From Candidatus Dormiibacterota bacterium (lineage in GTDB: Bacteria; Chloroflexota; Dormibacteria; Aeolococcales; Aeolococcaceae): a stretch of DNA of 64,000 nt. The position numbers were made by a program, and so were the translations under genes. Below are positions 10,304 through 19,875 of the stretch, one piece after another. The first letter of the stretch is position 1; each line of letters begins with the position of its first letter. Location of the stretch: assembly GCA_035938875.1 (NCBI GenBank), contig DASZGL010000006.1, positions 3,978-67,977 on the forward strand. Direction: 5' to 3'. The notes beneath the pieces are model-generated. The model was not told where the DNA came from and ran no database searches. It saw only the letters and a program-made list of their open reading frames with translations.

Positions 10304-11715
10304 GTGTCCTTGCTCCCTCCACCCTGCGACGAGTTGACGACAAGTGTGTCGGAATCAGCGGCGACCCGGGTGAGCCCTCCGGGCACCGTCCAAGGCGTCT
10401 CGTCCAGGAGCACGAAGGGGCGCAGGTCGACGCAGCGTGCTTCGAGACTGCCGTCGGACGCAACGCAAACGGCCCGCGACAACGCCACCTCCTCCTGCGC
10501 CAGCCAGGCGCGAGGCTGCTCCTCGACTTGCGCCGCCAGCTCCGACCGTTCGGCGGCGGACAACAGCTTGCCGAAACGTATGCCGTAGCCGCCGCTGGCG
10601 TCGACGGGCTTGAGCACCATGCGGTCCAGGTTGGCGATCACGTAGCTCCGTTGCACCGGCTCACCGACGTCGAACGTGGGCACGTTGTCGAGCAGCGCGT
10701 CCTGGTCCAGGTAGTAGCGCACCATTGCCGGGACGTAGGGGTACACGGCCTTGTCGTCGGCCACGCCGGTGCCCGGCGCGTTGGCGATGGCGACGTTGCC
10801 GCGCCGCCAGGCCTCGATGATGCCCGGCGCACCCAGCATCGAGTCGGGACGGAACACCAGTGGGTCGATCCACTCCGCGTTGACGCGCGAGTAGATGACA
10901 TCGACGCGTTCCAGCCCCGCGTCGGTGCGGCGGAAGACCTCCTCCTCGTGGACCACGAGGTCGTTGCCGTGCACCAGTGCGCCTCCGATCGCCTCGGCGA
11001 GCAACCGGTGCTCGTAAAAGGCGGCGTTGTAGGAGCCCGGGGTGAGCACAGCGATCGACGCTTCCCAGGGGCGCGGGGCGATGCGCTGCAGGCTGCGCCG
11101 CAAACGCCCCGCGTACCCGTCGATGGAACGCACGCCGCTGGAATGGAGCCAGTCGGGAGCGATCTCGCGCATCGCCTGCCGGCTCATCAATGCGTAGGCG
11201 ATTCCCGAGGGAACACGGACGTTGTCCTCGAGAACCATGAAGGTGCCGCCGATCCGCACCACGTCGATGCCGGCGACGTGGCAGTAGCACGACCGCGGAG
11301 CACGCACGCCGACCAGGTCGCGGAGGTAGCCCGCGCTGCTGTAGACGAGGCGAGCCGGCACGACGCCGTCGCGCAGCGCCCGTTGGGCGCCGTAGCAGTC
11401 GGCGACGAAGGCGTCGAGCGCCATGGCCCGCTGCGCCAGGGCACGGTCGAGGTCTCGCCACTCGTGGGCGTCGAGCACCCGCGGGATGGGATCGAAAGGA
11501 AAGATCGGCGCGCTTCCATCATCCGGGGCTCCGAAGGTGATGCCGTGGGCGTCGAACCACTCCGATGCGTTGTGTTTGACCTCGGCGAGACGCCCCGGCT
11601 GCTCGGTGATCATGGGGAGGATGCGCTGATAGGGCGCTCGCGGCGCGCCTGAGCCGTCGACGCACTCGTCGGCGCGTGTCGGGAATGCCGCCGCTGCGAC
11701 CGGCATCTCGACCAT
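10285..11715 (-). CDS. Circularly permuted type-2 ATP-grasp protein (DUF404/DUF407-like)
   Basis: 476 aa with the layout typical of the CP ATP-grasp amidoligases ('GITFG...','VVRIGGTFMVLEDNVRVPSGIAYA','IANAPGTGVADDKAVYPYVP','LVLKPVDASGGYGI'). Its 3' end overlaps the downstream transglutaminase gene by 19 nt. Confidence 0.8.
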   Translation of the reverse strand: MVEMPVAAAAFPTRADECVDGSGAPRAPYQRILPMITEQPGRLAEVKHNASEWFDAHGITFGAPDDGSAPIFPFDPIPRVLDAHEWRDLDRALAQRAMALDAFVADCYGAQRALRDGVVPARLVYSSAGYLRDLVGVRAPRSCYCHVAGIDVVRIGGTFMVLEDNVRVPSGIAYALMSRQAMREIAPDWLHSSGVRSIDGYAGRLRRSLQRIAPRPWEASIAVLTPGSYNAAFYEHRLLAEAIGGALVHGNDLVVHEEEVFRRTDAGLERVDVIYSRVNAEWIDPLVFRPDSMLGAPGIIEAWRRGNVAIANAPGTGVADDKAVYPYVPAMVRYYLDQDALLDNVPTFDVGEPVQRSYVIANLDRMVLKPVDASGGYGIRFGKLLSAAERSELAAQVEEQPRAWLAQEEVALSRAVCVASDGSLEARCVDLRPFVLLDETPWTVPGGLTRVAADSDTLVVNSSQGGGSKDTWVLTS

Positions 11716-11843
11716 CGATGCAGCGTACCTCCACCCCAGTGGCGTCGGCTTGGGCGCGGCGCACTGCTCGGCAGGGCGCGCAATTGGGCCCGCCGACGCA
11801 ACGGTTCGGGCTCCCTGTCGGGGCGGCGCGCATAATCGCCGCC

Positions 11844-12869
11844 GTGCGAGCCGTCCTCAAGTCCGTCGCCGGTGCCGGCTTCACCATCGCCGACGTTCCC
11901 GAGCCGGAGCCGGGGCCGCAGGAGGTGATCGTCAAGGTGGAGGCGGCATCGGTGTGCGGCACCGACGTCCATCTCTACGACTGGAACGCGTGGGCGGCGT
12001 CACGGGTCCACCCGCCGAGGATCATGGGACACGAGGTTGGCGGCGAGGTGGTAGCCGTCGGCTCGGCCGTCGAGGGGGTGCGCACCGGCAGCCGCTACGC
12101 CGTCGAGACCCACATCGTCTGCGGACACTGTCCCGAGTGCCTGCGCGGCGACTTCCACGTCTGCGCCAACACGCGCATCCTCGGCGTCGACGTCGACGGC
12201 GTCTTTGCGGCATACGTCGCCGTGCCGGCGCACAACCTCTGGCCCGCGGTGCCCGGCCAGCCGCCCGAGGTAGCGGCGCTGATGGAGCCGTTCGGCAACG
12301 CGGTGCACGCCTGCTCGTACGGACGGCTGCGCGGACAGGTGGTCGCGGTCTTCGGCTGCGGCCCCATCGGCTGCGCCTGTGTTGCCATCGCCCGTGCTGA
12401 GAACGCGGCGCGGATCGTCGCCGTCGACCGCAACCTCTACCGCCTCGACCTCGCCGAGCGGATGGGCGCCGACGCCGTGGTCAACGCCGACACGGGCGAT
12501 CTCGAGGTGTCGATCACCAACGCCGCCGAGGGCCCCGTCGACTGCGCCCTGGAGATGAGCGGGGCGCCGAGTGCGGTGGTCGCGGCGACGCATGTCGTCC
12601 GTCCCGGTGGCTGGATCAGCCTACTGGGCATCGGCGACAGCCCGACAACGCTCGACCTCAGCCGCGACGTGGTGATGAAGGGTCTGGCCCTCTACGGTGT
12701 AACCGGGCGGCGGATGTTCAGCACCTGGGAGCAGACGACCGCCTACATCAGCGGGGGACTGATCGACGCCCGCGGGCTGCTCACCCACCACATGGCCATG
12801 GAGGACATCGACGCGGCCATAGGCTTGATGAAGTCGGGACAGTGCGGCAAGGTGGTGCTGACACCATAG
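11844..12869 (+). CDS. tdh: L-threonine 3-dehydrogenase (Zn-dependent MDR family)
   Basis: 'ASVCGTDVHLYDWNAWA', 'GHEVGGEVVAVGS', structural Zn 'CGHCPECLRGDFHVC'. Followed directly by kbl. GTG at 11844 chosen because the N-terminus then matches the family ('VRAVLKS...'). Confidence 0.92.
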   Translation: MRAVLKSVAGAGFTIADVPEPEPGPQEVIVKVEAASVCGTDVHLYDWNAWAASRVHPPRIMGHEVGGEVVAVGSAVEGVRTGSRYAVETHIVCGHCPECLRGDFHVCANTRILGVDVDGVFAAYVAVPAHNLWPAVPGQPPEVAALMEPFGNAVHACSYGRLRGQVVAVFGCGPIGCACVAIARAENAARIVAVDRNLYRLDLAERMGADAVVNADTGDLEVSITNAAEGPVDCALEMSGAPSAVVAATHVVRPGGWISLLGIGDSPTTLDLSRDVVMKGLALYGVTGRRMFSTWEQTTAYISGGLIDARGLLTHHMAMEDIDAAIGLMKSGQCGKVVLTP

Positions 12870-12879
12870 TGGCCACTAG

Positions 12880-14100
<1,221 letters not shown>

Positions 14101-14109
14101 CAGCGCACC

Positions 14110-15555
14110 TCATCCACGGCTGAGGTACAGCACGCGGCCGTCGCCGAAGTCGTGCACGTCGGGAAAGCGCGTCGCCGCCCATTCACGCAGACCGGCGAGA
14201 TGCTGCAACCGTCCGGTGGCGAAGAAGACGCCACGTGCGTGAGCGGCGATCGCAGCGTCCTCGACCGCCTGGGTGGTCAGCGGTTCCGAGACGATGCGCA
14301 CCACCGAGGTGTCGACGAGCGGGGGCGGAACGTCGCGATCGGCTGATGCCAGCGCGTACTGGTCATCGGTGACCAGAACGTCTCCCGCTGCCGTCGCCGA
14401 CGCCAGGACAGCGACGACGGCGTCGGGTGCGGTCTGTTGCGGGGGCATGCGCAGCAGGCGGGCCTCGACGCCGAGGGCGACGAGGACTCCGGCAACGGCC
14501 AGCGCTCCGCCGGCGGCCGCCACGCGCCGCGGTGCGCCGGCGACGGCGTCAAGGGCGGCGCCACCGGCGATGACCAGCGGTGGCACCGCGGCGCTGAGGT
14601 GATGGGGCCACAGCGGGTGCACCAGGGCCAGCGTCGCCAGCGCCACCACGAGCCAGGCTGCCAGCGCGGCGGTCACCAGCGGAGCGCGTCGCAGCAGAAC
14701 GGCGGCACCGGCGACGGCGAGCAGCGCCAGCGGCGTCTCGCGGGCTGCGGTCTGGAACATGTCGACGGTCCAGCCGCCCTCGTCGAGGGCGTGCGACGCA
14801 AGGTGGAGGCCCACGCTCTGGTCCAGCACGGCGCGCCACCGGTCGGCGAGGGGGAGAAGCACCGCGGCGCTGGCGAGCAGAGCTCCGATGGCGGCGACTG
14901 CGCAGCGCCGCAGCGGCGCCGACCGGACCGCCGGGGCCGGCGCGACGAGCAGCACCGCCACCGGCGCCGCGACGGCGACGTCGAGAATCTTGGTCAGCAC
15001 CCCCAGCGCCAGGGCCACCCCGGCCACCAGCACATACGCGTCACCCTCACGCCCGCCCCGGATGCGCGCTTTGGCCGCGCATCCCACGGCGATGAGCCCG
15101 AGGGTGATCGCCGGCCCCTCCGCCTGGATCACCACCGACTGCCGCAGCACGATGGGATCGACGGCGAGCAGCACCGCGGCGAACAGCCCGGTGCGCGTGC
15201 CCGACAGCGCCCGCCCGGCGAAGAAGGCGGCGACGATCGCCAGCGTGCTCCACAGCAGCATGACCATGCGGACCGCCAGGAATGAGTGCCCGAGCAGCGA
15301 GTACCCGGCGAAGAGGCCGGCGAGAAACGCCGGCGGCTGGGAGCTGTAGACCTCGGTGTAGAGCCCGTGGCCCGCCGACATCGCCCGCAGCGATTGCCAG
15401 TAGACCCCCTCGTCGTAGTCGATGAGCCCACCGAGGACGAACGGCAGGCGAATCGCGACGGCGGCGACGATGATGGCGGCCAGCCAGTTGAGTGGCGACA
15501 ATCTCGGCCATGAGCGGCCCGGTCGCCACCCCGTGCGCGGTACGTAACCCGACAT
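14110..15555 (-). CDS. Polytopic glycosyltransferase, GT39/ArnT/PMT_2-like
   Basis: About 12 TM helices, first loop 'LIDYDEGVYWQS' (DE motif of GT-C enzymes), soluble C-terminal domain. Confidence 0.7.
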   Translation of the reverse strand: MSGYVPRTGWRPGRSWPRLSPLNWLAAIIVAAVAIRLPFVLGGLIDYDEGVYWQSLRAMSAGHGLYTEVYSSQPPAFLAGLFAGYSLLGHSFLAVRMVMLLWSTLAIVAAFFAGRALSGTRTGLFAAVLLAVDPIVLRQSVVIQAEGPAITLGLIAVGCAAKARIRGGREGDAYVLVAGVALALGVLTKILDVAVAAPVAVLLVAPAPAVRSAPLRRCAVAAIGALLASAAVLLPLADRWRAVLDQSVGLHLASHALDEGGWTVDMFQTAARETPLALLAVAGAAVLLRRAPLVTAALAAWLVVALATLALVHPLWPHHLSAAVPPLVIAGGAALDAVAGAPRRVAAAGGALAVAGVLVALGVEARLLRMPPQQTAPDAVVAVLASATAAGDVLVTDDQYALASADRDVPPPLVDTSVVRIVSEPLTTQAVEDAAIAAHARGVFFATGRLQHLAGLREWAATRFPDVHDFGDGRVLYLSRG

Positions 15556-15604
15556 CAGGGACGGGATTCTGGCGGTTGGAACGCGCCCGGGCCGTGGCCG
15601 GCTG

Positions 15605-16219
15605 ATGGCCCACAGGACCGAGGCCGAACTCGAGGCCGAGCGCGAGCTGATCCTGGCCGCGCAACGCGACCGGGCGGCGTTCGCGCCGCTCTATGAGCGC
15701 TACGTCGACCAGATCTTCGCCTACGCGCTCAGCCTGACCGGCAACCGGGAGCTCGCCGAGGACGTGACCGCCGCCACCTTCGCCAGGGCGATGGAAGAGC
15801 TGCCTCGCTTCGAATGGAGAGGGGTGCCCTACTCGGCGTGGCTGTATCGCGTCGCCGCCAACCTGGTGGCGCGGAACAAGCGCCGGCCAGGCTGGATAGA
15901 GCTCCAGCCGCACCTGCCCAGCGAGATGCGCGGCCCCGACGAGGAGGCGGAGCGCAGCGACCGCGCCGCCGAGGTCCGCGCTGCCGTCGCCGCGCTGCCC
16001 GCCGACCAGCGTCAGGCGGTGATGCTGCGATTCGGCGGCGAGCTGCGCAACCGGGAGATCGCCGAGATCATGGGTCGGAGTGAGGGCGCGGTGAAGCTGC
16101 TCACCTTCAGGGCTCTGACCACGATGCGGCACCGGCTCGGCGCGCCGCTGCCCGCCCAGAGAGCGGCCAGGCCGGCGCCATCGCCACTTCGCACGGCATC
16201 CGGGGGAGGCGAGGTGTGA
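15605..16219 (+). CDS. ECF-type RNA polymerase sigma-70 factor
   Basis: Region 2 'FAPLYERYVDQIFAYALSLTGNRELAEDVTAATFARA...YSAWLYRVAANL' and region 4 'LPADQRQAVMLRFGGELRNREIAEIMGRSEGAVKLLTFRAL'. Confidence 0.88.
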   Translation: MAHRTEAELEAERELILAAQRDRAAFAPLYERYVDQIFAYALSLTGNRELAEDVTAATFARAMEELPRFEWRGVPYSAWLYRVAANLVARNKRRPGWIELQPHLPSEMRGPDEEAERSDRAAEVRAAVAALPADQRQAVMLRFGGELRNREIAEIMGRSEGAVKLLTFRALTTMRHRLGAPLPAQRAARPAPSPLRTASGGGEV

Positions 16220-16584
16220 ACGAGCACGACGTCGACGCGCTCGATCGGGCCCTCGACCTGGCTGCCGACGGTGGCCACGCCCACCTGGTCCCGTCGCGAA
16301 TCGTCGAGCTGGTGACCCTGGCCACCGAGGTCGCCGAGGCGATCACCGCACCGAGCCTCTCGGCCTCGGACCGCGCCCGCCTTCTCGCCCGCGTCGAGCG
16401 GCTCGCCCCGTCGAGGGGCGCTCGACCGTCCCGGCCATTGGGCGTGCTCGTGGAGCTCCGCCGTCACCCGGTGGTCGCCGGCGCGGGCGGTGCCGTCCTC
16501 ACACTGGCGGCGGCCGTGGCCGTCAGCCTGCTCCGTGAGCGCGGTGAACGCAAGTCCGACGGGACGGCCGCCCAGGCAGCTTGA
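16216..16584 (+). CDS. Putative anti-sigma factor (single C-terminal TM helix)
   Basis: GTGA overlap with the sigma-factor stop. 122 aa with TM 'VVAGAGGAVLTLAAAVAVSLL'. Assigned by position only. Confidence 0.4.
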   Translation: MNEHDVDALDRALDLAADGGHAHLVPSRIVELVTLATEVAEAITAPSLSASDRARLLARVERLAPSRGARPSRPLGVLVELRRHPVVAGAGGAVLTLAAAVAVSLLRERGERKSDGTAAQAA

Positions 16585-16667
16585 CGTCGCCGGCTCGTTG
16601 TTTAGTGAGCGACGAGCGCGACAGCAGGGAGAAAACCGCTCCGAACACGATTACACTATTGGGAGCC

Positions 16668-16853
16668 ATGGCAGCTCCTGACAACGGCGATTCGCTGGAG
16701 CGTCTCTCCGCTCGCGAGGCCGCGCGGGTTCGCGCCCGTGATCGCAAGCGGCGGACGCCGATGGTGGTGGACAACGCCGGGGTCCGCCGCCTGCTGCTTC
16801 AGCGCGCCGCCAAGAGTTCACCCGCGCGAACCACGGAGGCGGAGAAGGCGTGA
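16668..16853 (+). CDS. Small basic hypothetical protein, 61 aa
   Basis: ATG 16668 preceded by GGGAG. Its stop overlaps the GTG (16850) of the HTH-TPR gene (GTGA), suggesting translational coupling. No family recognised. Confidence 0.3.
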   Translation: MAAPDNGDSLERLSAREAARVRARDRKRRTPMVVDNAGVRRLLLQRAAKSSPARTTEAEKA

Positions 16854-18193
16854 GCCGCCGATCCGTGACGGTGGCCACCGCCGAGGCGCCGCCGGCTCAG
16901 GCAATCGTGCTCGAGCCGCAGACCGGCGCCGCTATTCCCCAGGTCGGCGAGCGCATCCGGCGCCTGCGCCTGCAAAGGGGCATGTCACAGAGCGAGCTGG
17001 CCGGTGGCCGGCTCACCAAGGGCTTCATCTCCCAGGTCGAGTCGGGTCGCAGTCATCCCTCGGCCGACTCGCTGCGCTTCATCGCCTCGCGGCTGGCCGT
17101 GCCCCTGACGGCGCTGATGCCCGGCGTGGAGTTGAGCCAGCAGCAGGCGTTCCTGCTTCGCGCCGCCGAGTCAGAGCTCGGTCTGGGCAACGCCTCCGCC
17201 GCGCAGACGCACCTCGACGAGGTTGAGCCCCTGCTCACCTCACCGCGCGAACGCTCCTGGCACCTGCGCATGCGCGGCGAGGCACGCCTGCTCCAGAGCC
17301 GCGCCGACGAAGCCGTCGAAGACGGCCTGCTCGCCTTCGACCTCGTCGCCACTGCTGACGCGCCCGAGGAGGCCACGCGAGCCTGCAACCTCCTGGGCAA
17401 GGCGCACCACGTCGCCGGACGCCTGCCCGCGGCCCTGCTCTACTTCGACCGCGCCGCGGCGTTTGCCGAGCACCGCTCGGTCGGCCCCGTGCTGCGGGCG
17501 ATGATCCACAGCAACCGGGGCACCACGCACATGCGCCTTGGCGACCTGGCCCACGCGCTCGAGGCGTACGACGCCGCCCGGGCCAGCGCCGAGGACGCTG
17601 AGGACCTCAAGCAGCTGGCCATCGCCCACATGGGTCTGGGTGAGGCCGCGCGCCAGCGCGGCGACCTGCCCTCGGCGATCGCCTCCGCGGAGCGTGCCGT
17701 CACCCTGCTCGAGCGCATCGAGCTTCGCCAGCTGCAGACGCAGATCCTCCACAACATCGGCGACGCCTACGCCGACCTTGGCGACCGCGAGCAGGCGCGC
17801 GCCCACCAAGAGCGTGCTCTGCGTGCCGGGCGGGCGATGAAGGACCCGTACACGGTGGCCCACATCCTCGACCGCCTGGCTGTTCTCGACATCTCTGACG
17901 GTAACCTCGAGGCGGCGAGGAGCGAGGTGACCGAGTCGATTGCGCTGGCCCGCGAGCTGCACATCGCCGATCTTCTCTGCCGTGCCCTGACCACAGCGGC
18001 CGAGGCGGCCGAGGCGTCCGGCGACCGCAGGGACGCGGACCGGCTGTTCGCTGAGGCGCACACCGCCGGCGACAGCGCCGGCCCCAACGAGCGCCGTCAG
18101 ATGATGCTTCGCGAAGGCACCGTGCGACGTGCTCGAGGTGAGCTGGCCGAGGCGCTTGCCTGCTTCGAGGCTGCTGCCCGCCTCGCCATCTAG
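16850..18193 (+). CDS. XRE-family HTH + TPR-repeat transcriptional regulator
   Basis: HTH 'IGERIRRLRLQRGMSQSELAGGRLTKGFISQVESGRSHPSADSLRFIASRL' followed by about 330 aa of TPR-like helical repeats ('LGKAHHVAGRLPAALLYFDRA', 'LGEAARQRGDLPSAIASAERA', 'IGDAYADLGDREQARAHQERAL'). Confidence 0.8.
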   Translation: MSRRSVTVATAEAPPAQAIVLEPQTGAAIPQVGERIRRLRLQRGMSQSELAGGRLTKGFISQVESGRSHPSADSLRFIASRLAVPLTALMPGVELSQQQAFLLRAAESELGLGNASAAQTHLDEVEPLLTSPRERSWHLRMRGEARLLQSRADEAVEDGLLAFDLVATADAPEEATRACNLLGKAHHVAGRLPAALLYFDRAAAFAEHRSVGPVLRAMIHSNRGTTHMRLGDLAHALEAYDAARASAEDAEDLKQLAIAHMGLGEAARQRGDLPSAIASAERAVTLLERIELRQLQTQILHNIGDAYADLGDREQARAHQERALRAGRAMKDPYTVAHILDRLAVLDISDGNLEAARSEVTESIALARELHIADLLCRALTTAAEAAEASGDRRDADRLFAEAHTAGDSAGPNERRQMMLREGTVRRARGELAEALACFEAAARLAI

Positions 18194-18232
18194 TTCGGCG
18201 GCGTCAGCGCCCGGCTCGCCGCGACTGCGCGC

Positions 18233-18565
18233 TCAGGCGTGCGGCTGGGAGCGGTGCAGCTTGTGGAGGAAGACCTCGTGGCGCAGGTCGAGGGCTTCCC
18301 GACGCCGCCGGATCGGGGGCATGGCGTGGAGGTAGGGTTCCTGGCGGTCCCATACCTCCTGGATGAGCTGCGACGGCGCGCTGGTCGCGGTGCAGGCGAT
18401 GCCCTCGGCGCGCAGCGCCGCGACAAGGGTGTCGGGCAGCTCGTCGAGGCCGCGCTCATTGACCCATTCGAGACGGTCGAGCAGGCCGTCGAGCTTGCGC
18501 AGCCGCTGACGGCGCTCGGCGTCGTTGGTATCGGGGGTGGGACTGAGGAGACTCATTGCGCCCAA
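18233..18565 (-). CDS. Hypothetical protein
   Basis: The translation is protein-like ('RKLDGLLDRLEWVNERGLDELPDTLVAALRAEG'). The + strand alternative (18239..18730) is Gly/Arg/Val-rich. No family recognised. Confidence 0.35.
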   Translation of the reverse strand: MGAMSLLSPTPDTNDAERRQRLRKLDGLLDRLEWVNERGLDELPDTLVAALRAEGIACTATSAPSQLIQEVWDRQEPYLHAMPPIRRRREALDLRHEVFLHKLHRSQPHA

Positions 18566-18683
18566 CGTAAGACTGCTCAGCAGCCGGGAGTGTGGCGGTC
18601 ATCGGCCGCGGACCCGAACCGGACCCGGCCGCGACTGCTCGTGACCGGTTGGTCTCAGCCGTTACCTCGCCGAGTAGCGCCGT

Positions 18684-19820
18684 CTACGCTGAAGCGGTCA
18701 GGCTGCCGTGGCGGATGCCGCCGTGGGTGAAGGTCGGCGCGGTGCCGGGATTGAGGCGATTCGCGGTCAGCTCGCTCGACGGCATGTACTGGAGGAAGCG
18801 CGTGTCGCGGGCGCTGCGGTCGACGATCGCCTTCTCCTTGACCAGCGAGTTGTACTGCTGCGCCGTGGCCTCGATAGTGTTGGCGTTGAGCACCACCTCC
18901 TGGCCCCACGTCTCGCTGAACCGGCGAAGGCCCGGGATGCGGCTGTGCTCCGGCGTCAGGCACTCGGCGGCCACGGCGTTCTCGCTGCTCGCCCATATGC
19001 CGCTCTGTGTGTTCAGCACAAGCGAGTGATTGCCGATGGTGTGCCCCGGAGTTGCCAGCAGCGCCACACCGGGACCGAGCTGGATGTCGCCGTCGATCGC
19101 CATGATGGCGTCGCTGCGCAGGTCGGTGTAGGTGTCGGGCTGGTACCAGGGACGCTGCAGCGGGTGCAGGTCCTTGAGCGCCTCCAGCTCTGACCGTTGG
19201 ACGATCAGCTTGGCCTTGGCGAAGACCGGGTCGAGCGGCCGCGCTGGCGATATGTCCGCCGCCGGACTGTTGGTGCCGATCCAGCGACGCACGTCCTGGG
19301 TGTGGAGGTGGTCGAAGGTCAGGTAGTCGACGTCCTCGGGCCCAATGCCGAGCATGCGCAGGTGATCGCCCACGGTGCCCGCGTAACGGACCAGCATCCC
19401 CTGGATGCGCTGAGGAAGTCGCTCCGTGTTCTTCGCCATGCGCGCGAAGTACGGGGTGTTGGCGCCGAGCTCGACGTCGCTCGGCTCGAAGAGCAGGGTG
19501 CGTGGCTTGCCGTCTGGATCACGCCAGCGGATGACGACGAGTCGGTTGGTGATGGTGATGTACGGCGCCGGCGAGAGATGCGCGCGGAAGAGTCCGAAAC
19601 GCGTCGGATAGGGAAGGCTGACCAGGTCGAATGTGCCGACGTAGTCAGGGGTTCCCGTGCTCGCGAACCATTCACGAAAACGCGGCGCCGCCTCGTTGAT
19701 CAGCCGCAGCTGAGTGCCCGGTTGGCGCTCCGCGTCCGCGTTGGCGAAATGGTCGATGCGTCGAAATCCGTCAGCTAGAGCGCCACCCGAATGACGGGGC
19801 GCATCGGTCAGAGTGGTCAT
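18684..19820 (-). CDS. Metallo-beta-lactamase-fold protein (divergent metal motif)
   Basis: 'YLTFDHLHTQD' (HxHxxD in place of HxHxDH), later 'LLATPGHTIGNHSLVL'. Start moved to ATG 19820 ('MTTLTDAP', preceded by GGAG). Confidence 0.6.
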   Translation of the reverse strand: MTTLTDAPRHSGGALADGFRRIDHFANADAERQPGTQLRLINEAAPRFREWFASTGTPDYVGTFDLVSLPYPTRFGLFRAHLSPAPYITITNRLVVIRWRDPDGKPRTLLFEPSDVELGANTPYFARMAKNTERLPQRIQGMLVRYAGTVGDHLRMLGIGPEDVDYLTFDHLHTQDVRRWIGTNSPAADISPARPLDPVFAKAKLIVQRSELEALKDLHPLQRPWYQPDTYTDLRSDAIMAIDGDIQLGPGVALLATPGHTIGNHSLVLNTQSGIWASSENAVAAECLTPEHSRIPGLRRFSETWGQEVVLNANTIEATAQQYNSLVKEKAIVDRSARDTRFLQYMPSSELTANRLNPGTAPTFTHGGIRHGSLTASA

Positions 19821-19875
19821 GCGGATCTCCTGGGGGGACTGCGCCGGGATGCGCGAGTGCACAATGTAGCGCTGT

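Noticed and set aside
10078-11652. ORF 10078..11652 + (524 aa) antisense to the ATP-grasp gene, and similar cases elsewhere: 25861..27432 +, 27918..29030 +, 40047..41234 +, 46709..48076 -, 59018..61210 +, 61324..63180 -
   Set aside because: Same reasoning: low-complexity R/G/A/D/H-rich translations overlapping strongly supported genes on the other strand.
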